DNA from: Rhizodiscina lignyota
Taxonomy: Eukaryota
Length of the DNA: 64,000 nt
Assembly (NCBI GenBank): GCA_010015805.1
Contig: ML978130.1
Coordinates: forward strand, 372,001-436,000
Direction of reading: 5' to 3'
Shown here piece by piece: positions 23,082-35,055 of the stretch. Below the pieces are notes generated by a model. That model was not told where the DNA came from, ran no database searches, and saw only the letters and a program-made list of their open reading frames with translations. Positions within the stretch are counted from its first letter, which is position 1. The number at the start of each line of letters is the position of its first letter. A program made the position numbers and the translations under genes.

Positions 23082-24497
23082 GGTGGTGAGGGTATCTGAT
23101 GTGCTGAATTATTCGGAGTGCAAGCTCTTGATGTACATGTATAAAATTTATTATCCTGTGTCATGCGAGCAAGTCCATGACGGACGCGGTACGGACAAAT
23201 AGAGAGGTGTTCACAAGACAAAGGAGAAACATGGGAAAAATGAAAAGACATGGCGTTCAACTTTCGGATGCAGCGCAAGATATTCTACGCGCGAAGAGTC
23301 TCGCGTATGTACTGCAGGTTTAGTAGTTGGCGATGGCTGGCTGATGAAGGCTTCATGGCTCCAATCATCCACGACAATGCCTGCAAAGGGCCAGGGCGTG
23401 ATCCGCACAGGATGCTCACGCGAACGGCTTTGGAGGATCGGAAGGGCCTGATGAGGAAAACACAATGAACAACCGCTACCCCTCCTTCCCATTTAAACGG
23501 AAATCGCATATAAGTGCCGAGGGCTTTTGGACAGCCAATGCACAAGCAATGCGGGCCCACCCTTTCCGGGTTTGCACGGAGACGTTGGAGGCTTTTGCGC
23601 GTCGGTTAGACAGCGGATGGCTTGATAATCCCTGCTAACATCATCCATTGGGAATTTTTCGGGGGTTGACCGACATCTGTCAAAGCTGTCAAAGGCGCTT
23701 GGCTGGCAGCTGAAATAAGACGTCATGTTGCTCGGAGACTCCGTAGACAAGGAATAGACACCGGCCGGTTCTACATGAGCTGCAACTTAAGAAAGCGTAG
23801 ACGCACCTCCTGCTGTACCAGTCGGACCACGAGACCACCATCTCAGTGAAGATCTCCAGGGTCGAAGAAGTGATTGACCGCTCATTGAGGTCTTGCTAGA
23901 GACTGCAGTCTCCTTCAATTAGCCAGCTGAAAGTTCGTGATCATCTTCATTCAAAGACATGGATAAAGGGCATGCTGTTCTAGAATCCAGCCAGAACGAG
24001 GGATGGAGTTGAGGTGTGGAAGTGACCGATAGAAAAATGGCCCGAAGCGGTTAGTAGCCCCAAGATACGAATCCAATTACCGCTATTCCATAAGAAGGCG
24101 CTGGACCCTTGCCAGAAGACAGGCTTAAGCGCCGACGTGCAGACGTAGAGCCACTGTAGCTTAAGATAGGGTCCAAGTCGAATTGCAAATCGAAGAGGTC
24201 GCGATGCTTGGCACGTGCTGAGCGGTCTCGCGGGGCTTGGGGCAATGGGCATTTCAAGAAAGTGCACAGCGGCAGAGCCGGAATCTCGCCTACCCATGCA
24301 ATCATTCCAGGGGTCCTAAAATCCGTACTGTCGAAAACCAAAAGATGATGCAGCAATTGAAAGGGGCAATGCCAGAGGACCCGGTACCAAACTCTGTAAT
24401 AAATGCCCGTGAAGCGAGTAAGTCGTTGGCGAAACTCCCCTTCTACGAAGTCTTTAACATTTCTAGATGAAATCATTTACATTCTTCAAACAGGGCT

Positions 24498-26603
24498 CTA
24501 TATAATCTTCATTGTCTGCTTCGTAAACCCCATTTCTATTAGGGCCTCCGCGTTCAATTTGTTAGGCCTCGCTACCCCTATCCGCACGTATGCAGAAGCA
24601 TTGCTCTTCCATTGCAATATTAACGCCAGCTGGAACGGACTGTGATAAAATACAGAATACAGCTGAGGGAAGTCAATAATCGGCATAAGTATCACGTTAA
24701 TCTCTTTATCGGAAACACTCGCTCGATCGTCAGGGAAAACGTCATCGGAAGGAATTGTAAATGACTGTCGGTTACGGAGTTCGCACCCCCCTCGTCTTGA
24801 GACATTCTTCATTCCGGAGGGTTTGGGAATGTCCACATTCAATCCGTAGTGCTTGCGGAACGTCGCTGCCATTGTTAGGCCGCTGAGGACAATAGTGCCT
24901 TGCTGATTGCCGTTGTAAGCGTCAATGGAAGACTTGACGTCGACTTCCAGAACCTCGGCGACTAGTTGTGTACCAGGATGATGTGTACGATAGTAGCGGA
25001 TCGGTCCATCTATACTTGCCCAGCTCCAAGAAGGAGCTCGCACTTGTCCTGAATCCCGGCTTGTTTCCGAATCTTCGTCGATGCACCACACAATATCCCA
25101 CAGGAGATGCTTTCGAAAGAACCCAGCAAGGTATTCATCCCCCCACGCCTCAGCAAGGAATCGCGCGACACCGGCTAGAGCACTGAACTTGTCCTTTGAG
25201 GGGAACGTGAGCGCGCATTTTGTGTATTGTTCCGTAATGGATTGCCAGGAACCTGATTTGCTCCGATGAGCCTGGAGACATTCCTTTTCGACATTGCCGG
25301 GATCCTCGAGTAGTAACGAAAATGGTCGAAGGCTGTGATAATTTATAACGTCTACTGGTAATCCACTTGGAATTGATTCGCTTGCAAGATTGACTTCTGC
25401 GCATTCCCAGTATATCTGCTTGGCGCCGAAATGCAAAACTCGTGGTGCTAATAGCCGCTCCTGAAATACCCATCCTCGCTTTGCTAGGGGCAAATGGGTA
25501 AGTGCGTGGACGCCACAGGATCTTAAAGGGCAGACGATGTAGTTGGCCTTCTTTGAACAAAACCCGTGCCATGAAATCTGGATGTGTCCGATGTGATTCG
25601 GAGTTCTGGAAACAAAGCAGCCGTCCAGAGGCGTTTTCCCACGATCTGCAGAGATGTTGATAACGCAATTGCGATATATCTCTGGCATTTCGCAGACATG
25701 GTCATTCCAATCCGTAGACGATCCCTGGCCGGACTGTAAGATGCACAGGCTGTCGATCCAGAGGTACCGAAGCCCGAGATATTTTGTGACATGCATGGCG
25801 TCTATAAACGTTTGGGGAATGCTCTCAAAAGTGATGCCTTGCTTCAACTGGCCTTCATTTCCTGTGGTGAGGGTGAGAAATTTAGTATCTGTACCCCAGC
25901 AGTGACTCAGTGTCGCATAAGGTCGGTCGGAAGGTTCAGAGCTTCGACTGACGAGTCGGGGCTGTGGTCCTGATACGTCAACTAATCGCCTAGGTTGAAA
26001 CAGCCTTTTCGGCCAAGACTTGGGCTTTGGCGAGATAGGCCCAAGACAAGTCTTGTGTTGTTCCTGGCAAGTTGTCAACCACTGCAAGGCGAGGTCCAAG
26101 ACCCCGGAATGTCCAGTTGAAAGGAAGGTATTTGGAGACCTTTCAACTAGCTTAACATCATCCCATCTTTCTTGATCTCCGAAAGTAGAGCGATCCTCTG
26201 GTTTCGGTATGCTCTCATCCTGACTCATCGGGCAGTGGTCCGCAGGTATTAGAGCGATTGTCAAATGGAGAAAGTTGCGATCTCCGCTAGTTTTTGAATG
26301 ATGGGAACCGAATATACGTAAATAACGCGCTGCAGGGGCTTGAAGTCCTTGAATTCGTCCATCAGGTACCCATTTTACGTCCGGTGGCGCAGCGTCATTG
26401 ACATGGTGAAATTCGTAGCTTAAAAACTTATGTAGCGAAGATAGAGAGTCAGGATCTCCATCTTGTTCATAAAACTCGTCGTATAGATCGACGCAAATCC
26501 GACAGCTAGCAAGCGCTGCGAGTCGAAGGTCTTTGGGGTCGACATGATGAGTGCCTCTCAGCTCTGTCTTTTTAAGCACCGACAGACAGACCTGGCACAG
26601 CAT
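24498..26603 (-). CDS. HET-domain protein, intact, 701 aa
   Basis: MLCQVC N-terminus; YATLSHCWG, YLWIDSLCILQ, RGWVFQERLLAPR and APSWSWAS motifs. Confidence 0.92.
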   Translation of the reverse strand: MLCQVCLSVLKKTELRGTHHVDPKDLRLAALASCRICVDLYDEFYEQDGDPDSLSSLHKFLSYEFHHVNDAAPPDVKWVPDGRIQGLQAPAARYLRIFGSHHSKTSGDRNFLHLTIALIPADHCPMSQDESIPKPEDRSTFGDQERWDDVKLVERSPNTFLSTGHSGVLDLALQWLTTCQEQHKTCLGPISPKPKSWPKRLFQPRRLVDVSGPQPRLVSRSSEPSDRPYATLSHCWGTDTKFLTLTTGNEGQLKQGITFESIPQTFIDAMHVTKYLGLRYLWIDSLCILQSGQGSSTDWNDHVCEMPEIYRNCVINISADRGKTPLDGCFVSRTPNHIGHIQISWHGFCSKKANYIVCPLRSCGVHALTHLPLAKRGWVFQERLLAPRVLHFGAKQIYWECAEVNLASESIPSGLPVDVINYHSLRPFSLLLEDPGNVEKECLQAHRSKSGSWQSITEQYTKCALTFPSKDKFSALAGVARFLAEAWGDEYLAGFFRKHLLWDIVWCIDEDSETSRDSGQVRAPSWSWASIDGPIRYYRTHHPGTQLVAEVLEVDVKSSIDAYNGNQQGTIVLSGLTMAATFRKHYGLNVDIPKPSGMKNVSRRGGCELRNRQSFTIPSDDVFPDDRASVSDKEINVILMPIIDFPQLYSVFYHSPFQLALILQWKSNASAYVRIGVARPNKLNAEALIEMGFTKQTMKII

Positions 26604-27055
26604 TTTGATAGGATTTCGATGCGTGTGGACAAATGCGACACAGAAGGAGGCGTGAAAACATCTAGAAACAATTGTAACTGAAGAAAGAAAAGAGAAATCC
26701 AGGGCTTCAGGCGGGGGCTGTGAGGCTATGTTTCAGCCTGACTGCGGCAGAGCAGGCTGCCTGCTGCGTGAACGGCACTCAACAGTGCCTGAGGCCAAGC
26801 ATCCATCTCATGAGTGACAACTCAGTTTGGTCTGTGTCAAAGCCATGACTACTCCATAACGACGGCAAAGTGGATGCTGAACCGAAGTCCGGGTAATCTG
26901 GATTTCAGGGTCCCGAAGCGAAGATCAGACGCCAATGCCCCGTGATCTTGCGGCCAGCTCTACCCCGAGGGCCGAAGGGGTATGGCGTAGTCTGCTCCCC
27001 TAACTCGAGGAGATCACTCCTCCCATCACTAATATTCATTCGTGATCTCGTAATT

Positions 27056-27325
27056 ATAGATTCTGCGTCACACCAACGGTCGTGTACAGCGTGTATACGC
27101 TCAAAGCGTAAACGTGACCTCCAGTTACTAAGCTGTTCCAGGTGTAAGTCGCGAAATAAGACGTGTCATTACGTCAACCAGCTAATAAGGACTGTTGGAC
27201 GGCCCATGGCATCCGGCTATCTAGTCCCCTCATCTCCCAATCCGATGAATCGAGCTTCCATATCTCCAACGCCAATTCTGTGTCGAATGGACCCTCCTAG
27301 GTGCAAGACCATTAAGGCGCGCTGA
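27056..27325 (+). pseudogene. Degenerate Zn2Cys6 transcription factor remnant
   Basis: QRSCTACIRSKRKRDLQLLSCSRCKSRNKTCHY: third Cys replaced by Arg, no ATG (ATA at 27056), early stop. Confidence 0.65.
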
Positions 27326-27675
27326 AGAATGGAGCTTCTTACTCCTCGATTGCAAAGTGCGGAGAATGAGGTTCAAGGGCCGGTTGAGTGCTTACACAAT
27401 GAAATGGGGGAATTCCTGGCCTTATTTCGACTGCGCTTAGATGAGAGAACGTTAGGCCTGGAAGGCTCATTATGCTTGATAAGAAGACAAAAAGTACGCA
27501 TGATACTGGAGGTTTTATGTACTCTGGACATTTCAACGAGGTGCGATAGCATAATTCTTGTTGATTTGCAGTGGCCAAGCGCATGGATGCAAGCCTGAAG
27601 CCAAATTGCATTGAATCATCGTCATGAAAACTATCAGAATGCTATCCCTCTACTCCGGTGCCGTTATCCTGCGCT

Positions 27676-28653
27676 CTATATTTGCGATCTTCTCTTGTTG
27701 GGTCCTGTCGGTCGAATGAACGGGTTGATGGTCACCGCATTCCCGGGCCCTCGACTCCAGTCGAAACATCTCATTGGCGTCGTTGTCTCTCCAGCGCTTA
27801 CGGCTAGGGCGAAGTACATGTACGAGTCCGCATTGAGCTTCGCCGTTGGCGCAGCATCGTCGCTGGGGAACTTGTTCGCCGCCGCCTTTCCTGCCGCTTC
27901 GTCTGAGCGCAGCCTGTTGGCCGCTTTAATGCCATAGCCGTAGTCCTTGAAGTCAATCGATCCGTATACGTGCGTGAGCTCGTGGACCAGCAGGGTCGCC
28001 CACGTCTTCTCAAACCTGGACAGCGAGTCGCCGGCCGACGGGCTCAGTGTGTCTAGCGCGACGTGGTCCTCAAAGGCTCCGGGACATATGACAATGTTGT
28101 ATCCTTCGTGGAACCCGTCATCTAATTCGGACTGGAAGAGCAAGTCGTTCGGATCGGTGAGGCGCTTGCCCCATGCGAATGTATTAATTTTATTTCTCTT
28201 ATCAGTCGCGCAATTGGTGCCTAGATCGTCGCATGTTATAAAAACGTTGATGCTGCCGTCGATAATATCTTGGTATATGCCTGTTGAGCTGATGTCAGTC
28301 TTCTAGTTGCTCTTCACTGTCGAGTTACTGTGAGGATCCTTACCGACTATGTCTTGAGTGTTAGTCTGCGCCCCACTGCCCCAAAGGACATTGCGGAGTG
28401 GTGCCCAGAACACTGGCGCAACGCCACCTGGAAAGCCATCGGCACCGCCGGCAAATGGGTCATTGCGGGCTGTAAGTAAGTCACGCGCTTGAGTGACCAG
28501 GCGGATCGCTGCCTTGAGACCGTTGGTGATATCCTGAGTCTTCTGAGAACAGCTCTCGTCGATGGTATAGGCACTTGGGAAGGGGTCTCCGAGAGCAGCG
28601 AGGGATGTGATAACCATGGCGGCTATCACGCCTAACGTAAACATGCGTGCCAT
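27676..28653 (-). CDS. Secreted M35-like (deuterolysin/aspzincin-type) zinc metallopeptidase
   Basis: Signal peptide; LVHELTH, D..YG and NADSY motifs; intron 28281-28343. Confidence 0.8.
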
Positions 28654-30246
28654 CTTGAGAGGGTATTTGAACCAATGCCAAGCCAAAGAAGAAAAAAGGA
28701 GGGAGGGAGAGAAGCAAAAAGGGAGTAAAGTGGTGGAAACGAAAGCCTTGGCTAGTGCGAAGAGAAAACTCTATCCTACGACGTAGAATGAGTGTGTGGA
28801 AGAGGTTTTGGAACGAAGACAGCGACCAAGATAAGCTGGGAATATCGCGAAGATATTTGAGAAGCTTGCCGATATTGCGGGCTACTTCGTGGCGAACGCA
28901 CGTGTGAGACTTCTGATAAGTTGATTGTCAGCTTAAGTACTCCACCTGGGCCAGGAGTTGGTCTCTCAGAATGAGATGATCTAAAAACATCGCTCAATGG
29001 CAGTGCTCTGACCGTATCACAAGTAGCTACGAGAATAGCAATACGGATTGCCGGGCTTTCTGTCTGCGGAAAGAGACTGTACGAAGACCGGGGCAGAGTG
29101 GTCTGCGCGTGCAATTGACATGTACTATTCTTAGCTGCCTGAAGGTGGCGTAAATGAGATTGAAACCGTTGGCTATGGGTGGTGAGTATTTCCGCGAGGA
29201 AAGGCGTGGTGAGTAGTATGAAATGAATGACAAAGCGGCCAGCCGGCTTTCCTACTGTGGAGTAGGAGTAAAACTTAGCTCAGCGTCAAAGGGCATAGAT
29301 GCAAGTGATTGGCCGCCAGTGCGAGAATCAAACGTTAGTGAGAGTTGTACGAAATGAGGCATTTCCGGCTGAGATGACAGACCCAAGGCGTTACGAGTAA
29401 TGATCAAAGACTGCAAAAGCACACGGAGAAACAAGCGCAATACTACGTTTATCGCACTCGGGAGAACTAGATACCGACAGATACGGCCTACCAGTCTTGC
29501 AGAGGAGGAGGATGGTGCTTGATTCATGGCTGCGGCACGGAGACCCGATTGTCAGTGGTATTGTCGCGAACTTAACAAACTTCTCCTTTTAACAAATGTT
29601 AAATGGACTACGACGTTAGTGTGATTACCACACAAGCAACAGCGGCTCTATACGGGTCCGGTCAGTACACAATCTCCATCATCTCGTTGGTTGTGGAGGC
29701 GGACGCGCTGCGCTGTGCAAATAAGCTTTGATGTGACCCCCCTGCTCTTCTCTTCCCTGCCGCTCTGCCGACAAAGGTGTCCTCACCTCTCCTTACTCCT
29801 CTGGCTACACGTGCATACACACTAATGAGGTTATAGAAGCGCGGATACTACAACTCTACGACAAATACACGGAAATGTCACGCCAGCGGAGCTCAAGCTA
29901 TCTCCTTTAACAAATAGCGCCCCTAATGCGACCTCATGCACCACTGCATTTCAGTAGCAGGTTTGTCCACGGTCCCACAAGGGCGTCCGTTTGGGGCTTT
30001 ACACGCGCTCCAGTATGGTTTCGCTTATCGTAAGGCTGTCGCTGTGGGATTGGGTTTCAGAATCGCCACAGCTCCAAAAATATATCTCGACTCAACATCA
30101 CCAAACTCATACGATATAGGGCCGTACAATAAGTAGACTGAACATTCTACACTCACAATGCATATCCATCCACTTCTGCGCAGGCAACGTTTGCATGTCA
30201 ATTCCCACTCAGTAGACCCGTTGCTAGGCTACTTTTCCATTCCAAG

Positions 30247-32026
30247 ATGGCGCCCTCTTTCTTTCGTTTCATCTTTCTTTGCTTCCTGTATCTGAGCAGT
30301 TCATCTCTATCGCTCGCACAAAGGACACCAAGAACACTTGGTTTCCGGCAGCTGCCAGTATTTACGAACAGTTCTACCACCTCCAACCAGACGTCGACGA
30401 CTAACGATGGCCTGCCACCTCCAACAGACTTACCTTCTCTGACTACTTTGATTACCGTCTTCCAAGGAATTACTGTAACAGATGCTGTGAGTCTTGTTAT
30501 ACCTCCCACACGATTGAAATCTTTCTAATGCACTGCGAAGCTTACCATCGAAACCTTGTCGGGGGTGCCGGAAGGCACCACCACTACAAGCAAGGACGGA
30601 ATTACCTTTCCAATCATCATTGGGCCTGGTGGCATTGTTGCTGGTAGGTCCTCAGTGTCGGAGTAATGTTCGATCCGCAAGCAACTGACGTAACGCAGAG
30701 CCCGTTGACCCCGCGGGTCTTCCACCCGGCTTTCCTCCAATTCCGCCTCCAGGAAGTGGTAATAATGGTAATAATGGTAACGACGGCAACGCTGGCAACG
30801 ATGGCAACGATGGCAACGATGGCAACGATGGTAATGATGGTAACGATGGTAATGATGGTAATGATGGTAATGATGGCAACCCGTCGACAGCCAGCAGCAC
30901 GCAGACCACCGAAACGCAATCCTCGACCTGCTCTGACGCCACTGTCACCGATGTCTCCGTGTCCTGCGTCCAGGTTACTGGTGCGTCAACGGCCTTCTGC
31001 ACGACCGCCCAGATAACAACGAGCGGCTGCTCCATTCAAGCGACGACGACGACAGTCACTTCAACAATTTCGATCACAGAAGATGATACCTTGCTCGGCG
31101 ACTCCGATCCCCAGCCCGCGAATGCCAGTCTCGCGGACGAGACAACCTCGTTCCCGACGGAAGAGAGGACAATTGACGCACCCGGCATCACTTTCAGCAC
31201 ACCGGCCTCGAATACCTCCGGCCCCATTTCGCTGACTACTATCACGACCAACGGCCAAACATCGATATGCAGCGACGCCGGCGTGCCTGGCATCGGCCAG
31301 GTCTGTCACGGTTCAATCCCAGTCTCCGCCCTCCCAACTTTTTCGCTCAACACTACATCTTCCACGCCCACGGATCCCACCGGTCCTACTATCACTACTA
31401 CTACTACTACAGAACCCGCCATCGTGAATGCAACGCTCTCCACTATTTCCCTCACAATGACTACAGATCCGCCTCCAACGACAACTCCAGTCACGACAAC
31501 TCCCGACATGACAGCCACTGACGCCCCAACTAGTACTACTGAGGTGGCGACGGCGCTGCCTAGCTTCTGCGGAGGCCAAATCTTCGAAGAATCCCCGTTC
31601 GATGTCCCCTTCTTCAGGATGGTCGGCGCAGACGGAAATGTATACGCTATTCAAGCCTTCCTGCTACTGATGGCCGGCAACATGTGCTCAGGGAGCTGTT
31701 CGGTCCCCAGCCAGATACCACCGGCTTCTGGATCCGCCTCTGGCGACGGCACTAACTGCCACATCTTCGTGAAGTTCGCGCAGAATCTCGCTGGCCAGGT
31801 TTTGATGATCTCGAACACCGACGGAAATACCTGCAGCACAGACGTCGATACGATTATCAGCGATTGCATAGTCCAGCCATCCACATCGTCCGGCCTGTAT
31901 GGAGGGACCCTCGGAACCTCCTCCGGCGCGATCTACGAGGTGAACTTGTTCCCGGCAGATGTCGCAGACGCTCAACAGTTCATTGGAAATCTCCAGCCGA
32001 TACCGTTGGCGGAAGCAACAAATTAA
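30247..32026 (+). CDS. Secreted Ser/Thr-rich protein with a (Gly-Asn-Asp)n tract and Cys-containing C-terminal domain
   Basis: Signal peptide; introns 30487-30540 and 30644-30698 give one continuous frame into ORF 30959-32026. Confidence 0.75.
30758..30883 (+). repeat. Coding 9-bp tandem repeat GGYAAYGAT, 14 units
   Basis: Read directly: GNN GNN GND GNA (GND)x9 GNP. Confidence 0.95.
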
Positions 32027-32585
32027 GATGTTGCGCCACTTTATTTATATTACTCCAAGGTAGAGGATTCTCTGTAGTTTACAGCAATCAATTGCATATC
32101 TTACTATATCATTTCTTTCTTCTCAGCATGGGAAAGTCGTAGCTCGCGGTAGGAAGCGAAGTGCTCGGTGCCAAGACGCGTAAGAGCGGCCGGTCTGAAG
32201 TCACGGGATTGCAGGGCTCTATTAGGATAAGGGAGTGCCAAGAGATCGAGATCTTCAAGATCTGCAATCGCTCCATCGTTGCCGCCTCAGCGTTCCCAAA
32301 ACCGGGAACTTGGAGGGTTTGGAAATATTGCCAACGTCATTGGAGTGGAAATGTCTGCGCCTTACCCATTTCTGCCCCCCGATTCCACACTTTCGGAGCT
32401 ATTACGACGTTCCGCCATGTCTAAAGATGCTGCCGCCGTTTTCCCACCCTCTCACCTTCACAGTCCCCAAACACGCGACCGTTACGCAGACACGTCGCGC
32501 AAGCCGCGTTTGCGCGGAACCTCCCACCTAATATACCGACGCGCTTCGACCCTCCCTGTTCCGATGCACTATCGCGCAACATGTA

Positions 32586-34598
32586 ATGGCGCGTTTAAAT
32601 AAGATTCCCCATCATGCTAAGGCGCTTCTGCCGCCAAAGCTACGACAATCACTCCAATCCGGAAGACCCGATCAGCAGCACCTTTCGAGGGACGAACTCG
32701 ACGGCGACCTTGACGATACGTCGCAAACCTCGGATGGTGAAAGCAGGGGAATTGGCGGCAAGGCTAGAGAGCTCGGGCGTCGCTCAAAATATGAGGTTAA
32801 GAAGGCACTGCACATGGACACCAGTAGGGAGAGCATCGAACAAGAGCCAAATGGTGCTGTACGCGATCTGCACGAGAACCCAGCGTTCAACCCGCAGAAG
32901 ATCTTCGAAGAGGCGCCAGCGACAGTCGGCAGCACTCTGGATAAAACTCTTGGGACCGCGCACGTCATCAAGAAGGTTCTCACCAATCCAAAAGACTCTG
33001 TGAGGCATAAGATTGCAAAGAAACTGGCCATTCAAAACCAACCGCATCTGTCGCAGCGAGCTGATGCTACGTTAGTGAATGCCTATGCGGAGTTGAGCCA
33101 AGCAGAAACCACTCAAAGCGAGGACGGTGCAGAGGATGACATTGAGGGTCTTCGGGCTGCGGTGGATGGGGTGGAGGAGCACAGAGCGGCGATCAAAGTG
33201 GCCTGGACCACTAGCAGATTCGTCAACGGCGTGAGAGCTGTGCCTCGCCGACCATATGCATATCCTCAAACGGCAGATTATTGGGAGCACGACGCAAATG
33301 GACAACGAACGCGCTTCCAGTCGGAAGTATACATTGCTCACATGCTACGTTACTCGCATCAGGATTGCTGCGTTCAATATATCGACGAGGTGGATGAGCC
33401 CAAGTTCAACCAGGAGATATTAACAAGGCATCTGGAAAGATGCGTAACTGCTTCAAATCCGTGGCAAACCTGGTTCATGGGCTTAAGACGACTTTATCAA
33501 TGGGAAGAGCCGAATAAAACCGCGGCATGGTTCGGAACTTGGGCTCTAATCTGGTATAGCAACCGTGTGGTCTCCTTCATCATGTTCTGGGCTATCTTCA
33601 TTGTCATCCGTAATCGGCTGAATTCGTCATCACATCAGTCGCTGAAGGAGTCGCATGAGCGCGCTCTCGACAGGACTGCGGGTGCGTTCAAATTCGGCGA
33701 GTTTGTGAATCGACACGGTCAGGGGAAATGGCTGGATCAAATGATTGAACAGTGTGGACCAATGCTCCAAATGCAGATCGGAGACATTGCAGACCACCTT
33801 GAAATCATGACAAACTTCTACGAGTGGAAGAATCCTCGCATGACGATGTGTACACTGTTCCTCCTTTGTACTATGGGAGCTGTGGGTAATCTGACGAGTA
33901 CGGATTGGGCAATGAGGATCATAAACATGCTCATCATCCTCTATTTCTTCCTCGGACGCCCCATCGCAAGTCTTCACCCCAAGTACCGCCACTTGGTCAA
34001 TCCAATCAAATGGTTTTTCTGGGACATCCCCACACATGCGGAGTGGTCTTTCCAATACCTTCGAGACAATGCGCGAAAGATTTACAATGAACGGATGCGG
34101 CAATCGATTGATTGGGCCCGCGTTGCCGATGAGGACAAACAGCATGGTCTCGTGGATGCCGAAGATGTGGACGTGTGTGCATTCAGCTGCACGTGGCACG
34201 GTATTCCTGGCAATCTGGTACTGACAGTCTCTGGCCTACGGTTCAATCGCTCCATGCCAGCTAAGTGTCTCTGGAGCCATTCCTACTTCGAGCTCCGCGA
34301 AATGCGCAAACTGGACAGGGGGATTCTCAAGAGCATTACGAAGATGAAGAGGCCTAAGGCTCTTGAAGTGATCATCTCTGACGGTTCTTGCATATTGCTA
34401 GAAGGAATGAAGATGAGGGACCAAGCTTTCAATATGATCATTGGATTTTCGGGACTACGATGGAAGCAGCTAGCATTTACCTCGCCGGATAGAGAATGCG
34501 AGTGTCAAAATGGGGCGGCTTGTGAGGAGCAGGCATCAACTAAGGGTCAAGTTGGATCTGAGGATGACTTGGAGGATGAATTCTATGATGCACAATGA
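32586..34598 (+). CDS. Conserved fungal membrane protein with a probable C-terminal GRAM/PH-like domain
   Basis: 670-aa intronless ORF; two TM hairpins each preceded by Y.W..P; C-terminal G.L.L....LRF and RDQAFN.IIGFS. Confidence 0.7.
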   Translation: MARLNKIPHHAKALLPPKLRQSLQSGRPDQQHLSRDELDGDLDDTSQTSDGESRGIGGKARELGRRSKYEVKKALHMDTSRESIEQEPNGAVRDLHENPAFNPQKIFEEAPATVGSTLDKTLGTAHVIKKVLTNPKDSVRHKIAKKLAIQNQPHLSQRADATLVNAYAELSQAETTQSEDGAEDDIEGLRAAVDGVEEHRAAIKVAWTTSRFVNGVRAVPRRPYAYPQTADYWEHDANGQRTRFQSEVYIAHMLRYSHQDCCVQYIDEVDEPKFNQEILTRHLERCVTASNPWQTWFMGLRRLYQWEEPNKTAAWFGTWALIWYSNRVVSFIMFWAIFIVIRNRLNSSSHQSLKESHERALDRTAGAFKFGEFVNRHGQGKWLDQMIEQCGPMLQMQIGDIADHLEIMTNFYEWKNPRMTMCTLFLLCTMGAVGNLTSTDWAMRIINMLIILYFFLGRPIASLHPKYRHLVNPIKWFFWDIPTHAEWSFQYLRDNARKIYNERMRQSIDWARVADEDKQHGLVDAEDVDVCAFSCTWHGIPGNLVLTVSGLRFNRSMPAKCLWSHSYFELREMRKLDRGILKSITKMKRPKALEVIISDGSCILLEGMKMRDQAFNMIIGFSGLRWKQLAFTSPDRECECQNGAACEEQASTKGQVGSEDDLEDEFYDAQ

Positions 34599-34942
34599 AA
34601 AGCATGCTTCATGCGACCATGTATGGGAAAGGGCGTTCTACGGTTTCTCTTCTGGACGGTCAAGATACCCATTAGAAGGCAACGCTGCAACAAGACATAT
34701 CTTTACATATTTCAGACCATCCCGAGAATTTCTACTCTGTGCAGAAGTGATGCCAAACCCTAGGCCCTCGAGGCAGTTGAACTCCCAAGTCGCATGCATT
34801 TGCTAGGTGTTCAAACTAACTGCGCTAACAATTGCAGACTGTGTTAGTGTCCTGAAGCGAATATATGACACAATGCATAGCTGTACAAACACACGGAGAT
34901 ACCCACTTTGCTACAGTCATCGCCTTCTCTTCCATATCAGGA

Positions 34943-34949
34943 TATAAAA
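34943..34949 (+). promoter_or_regulatory. Putative TATA box
   Basis: TATAAAA about 110 bp upstream of ATG 35056, followed by a CA-rich leader. Confidence 0.5.
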
Positions 34950-35055
34950 AGCCTTCCCAGCACCTACTTCATTCAACTCAACTCATATAACAATACCGCA
35001 CCGCCGCACCTTCAACAACATCCTTGAACACGCTCTTGCCGGCAAACGGTGAAAG

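Noticed and set aside
30617..31035. Overlapping ORFs with LPS, IIT or MVM repeats
   Set aside because: Alternative-frame and antisense readings of the GND minisatellite
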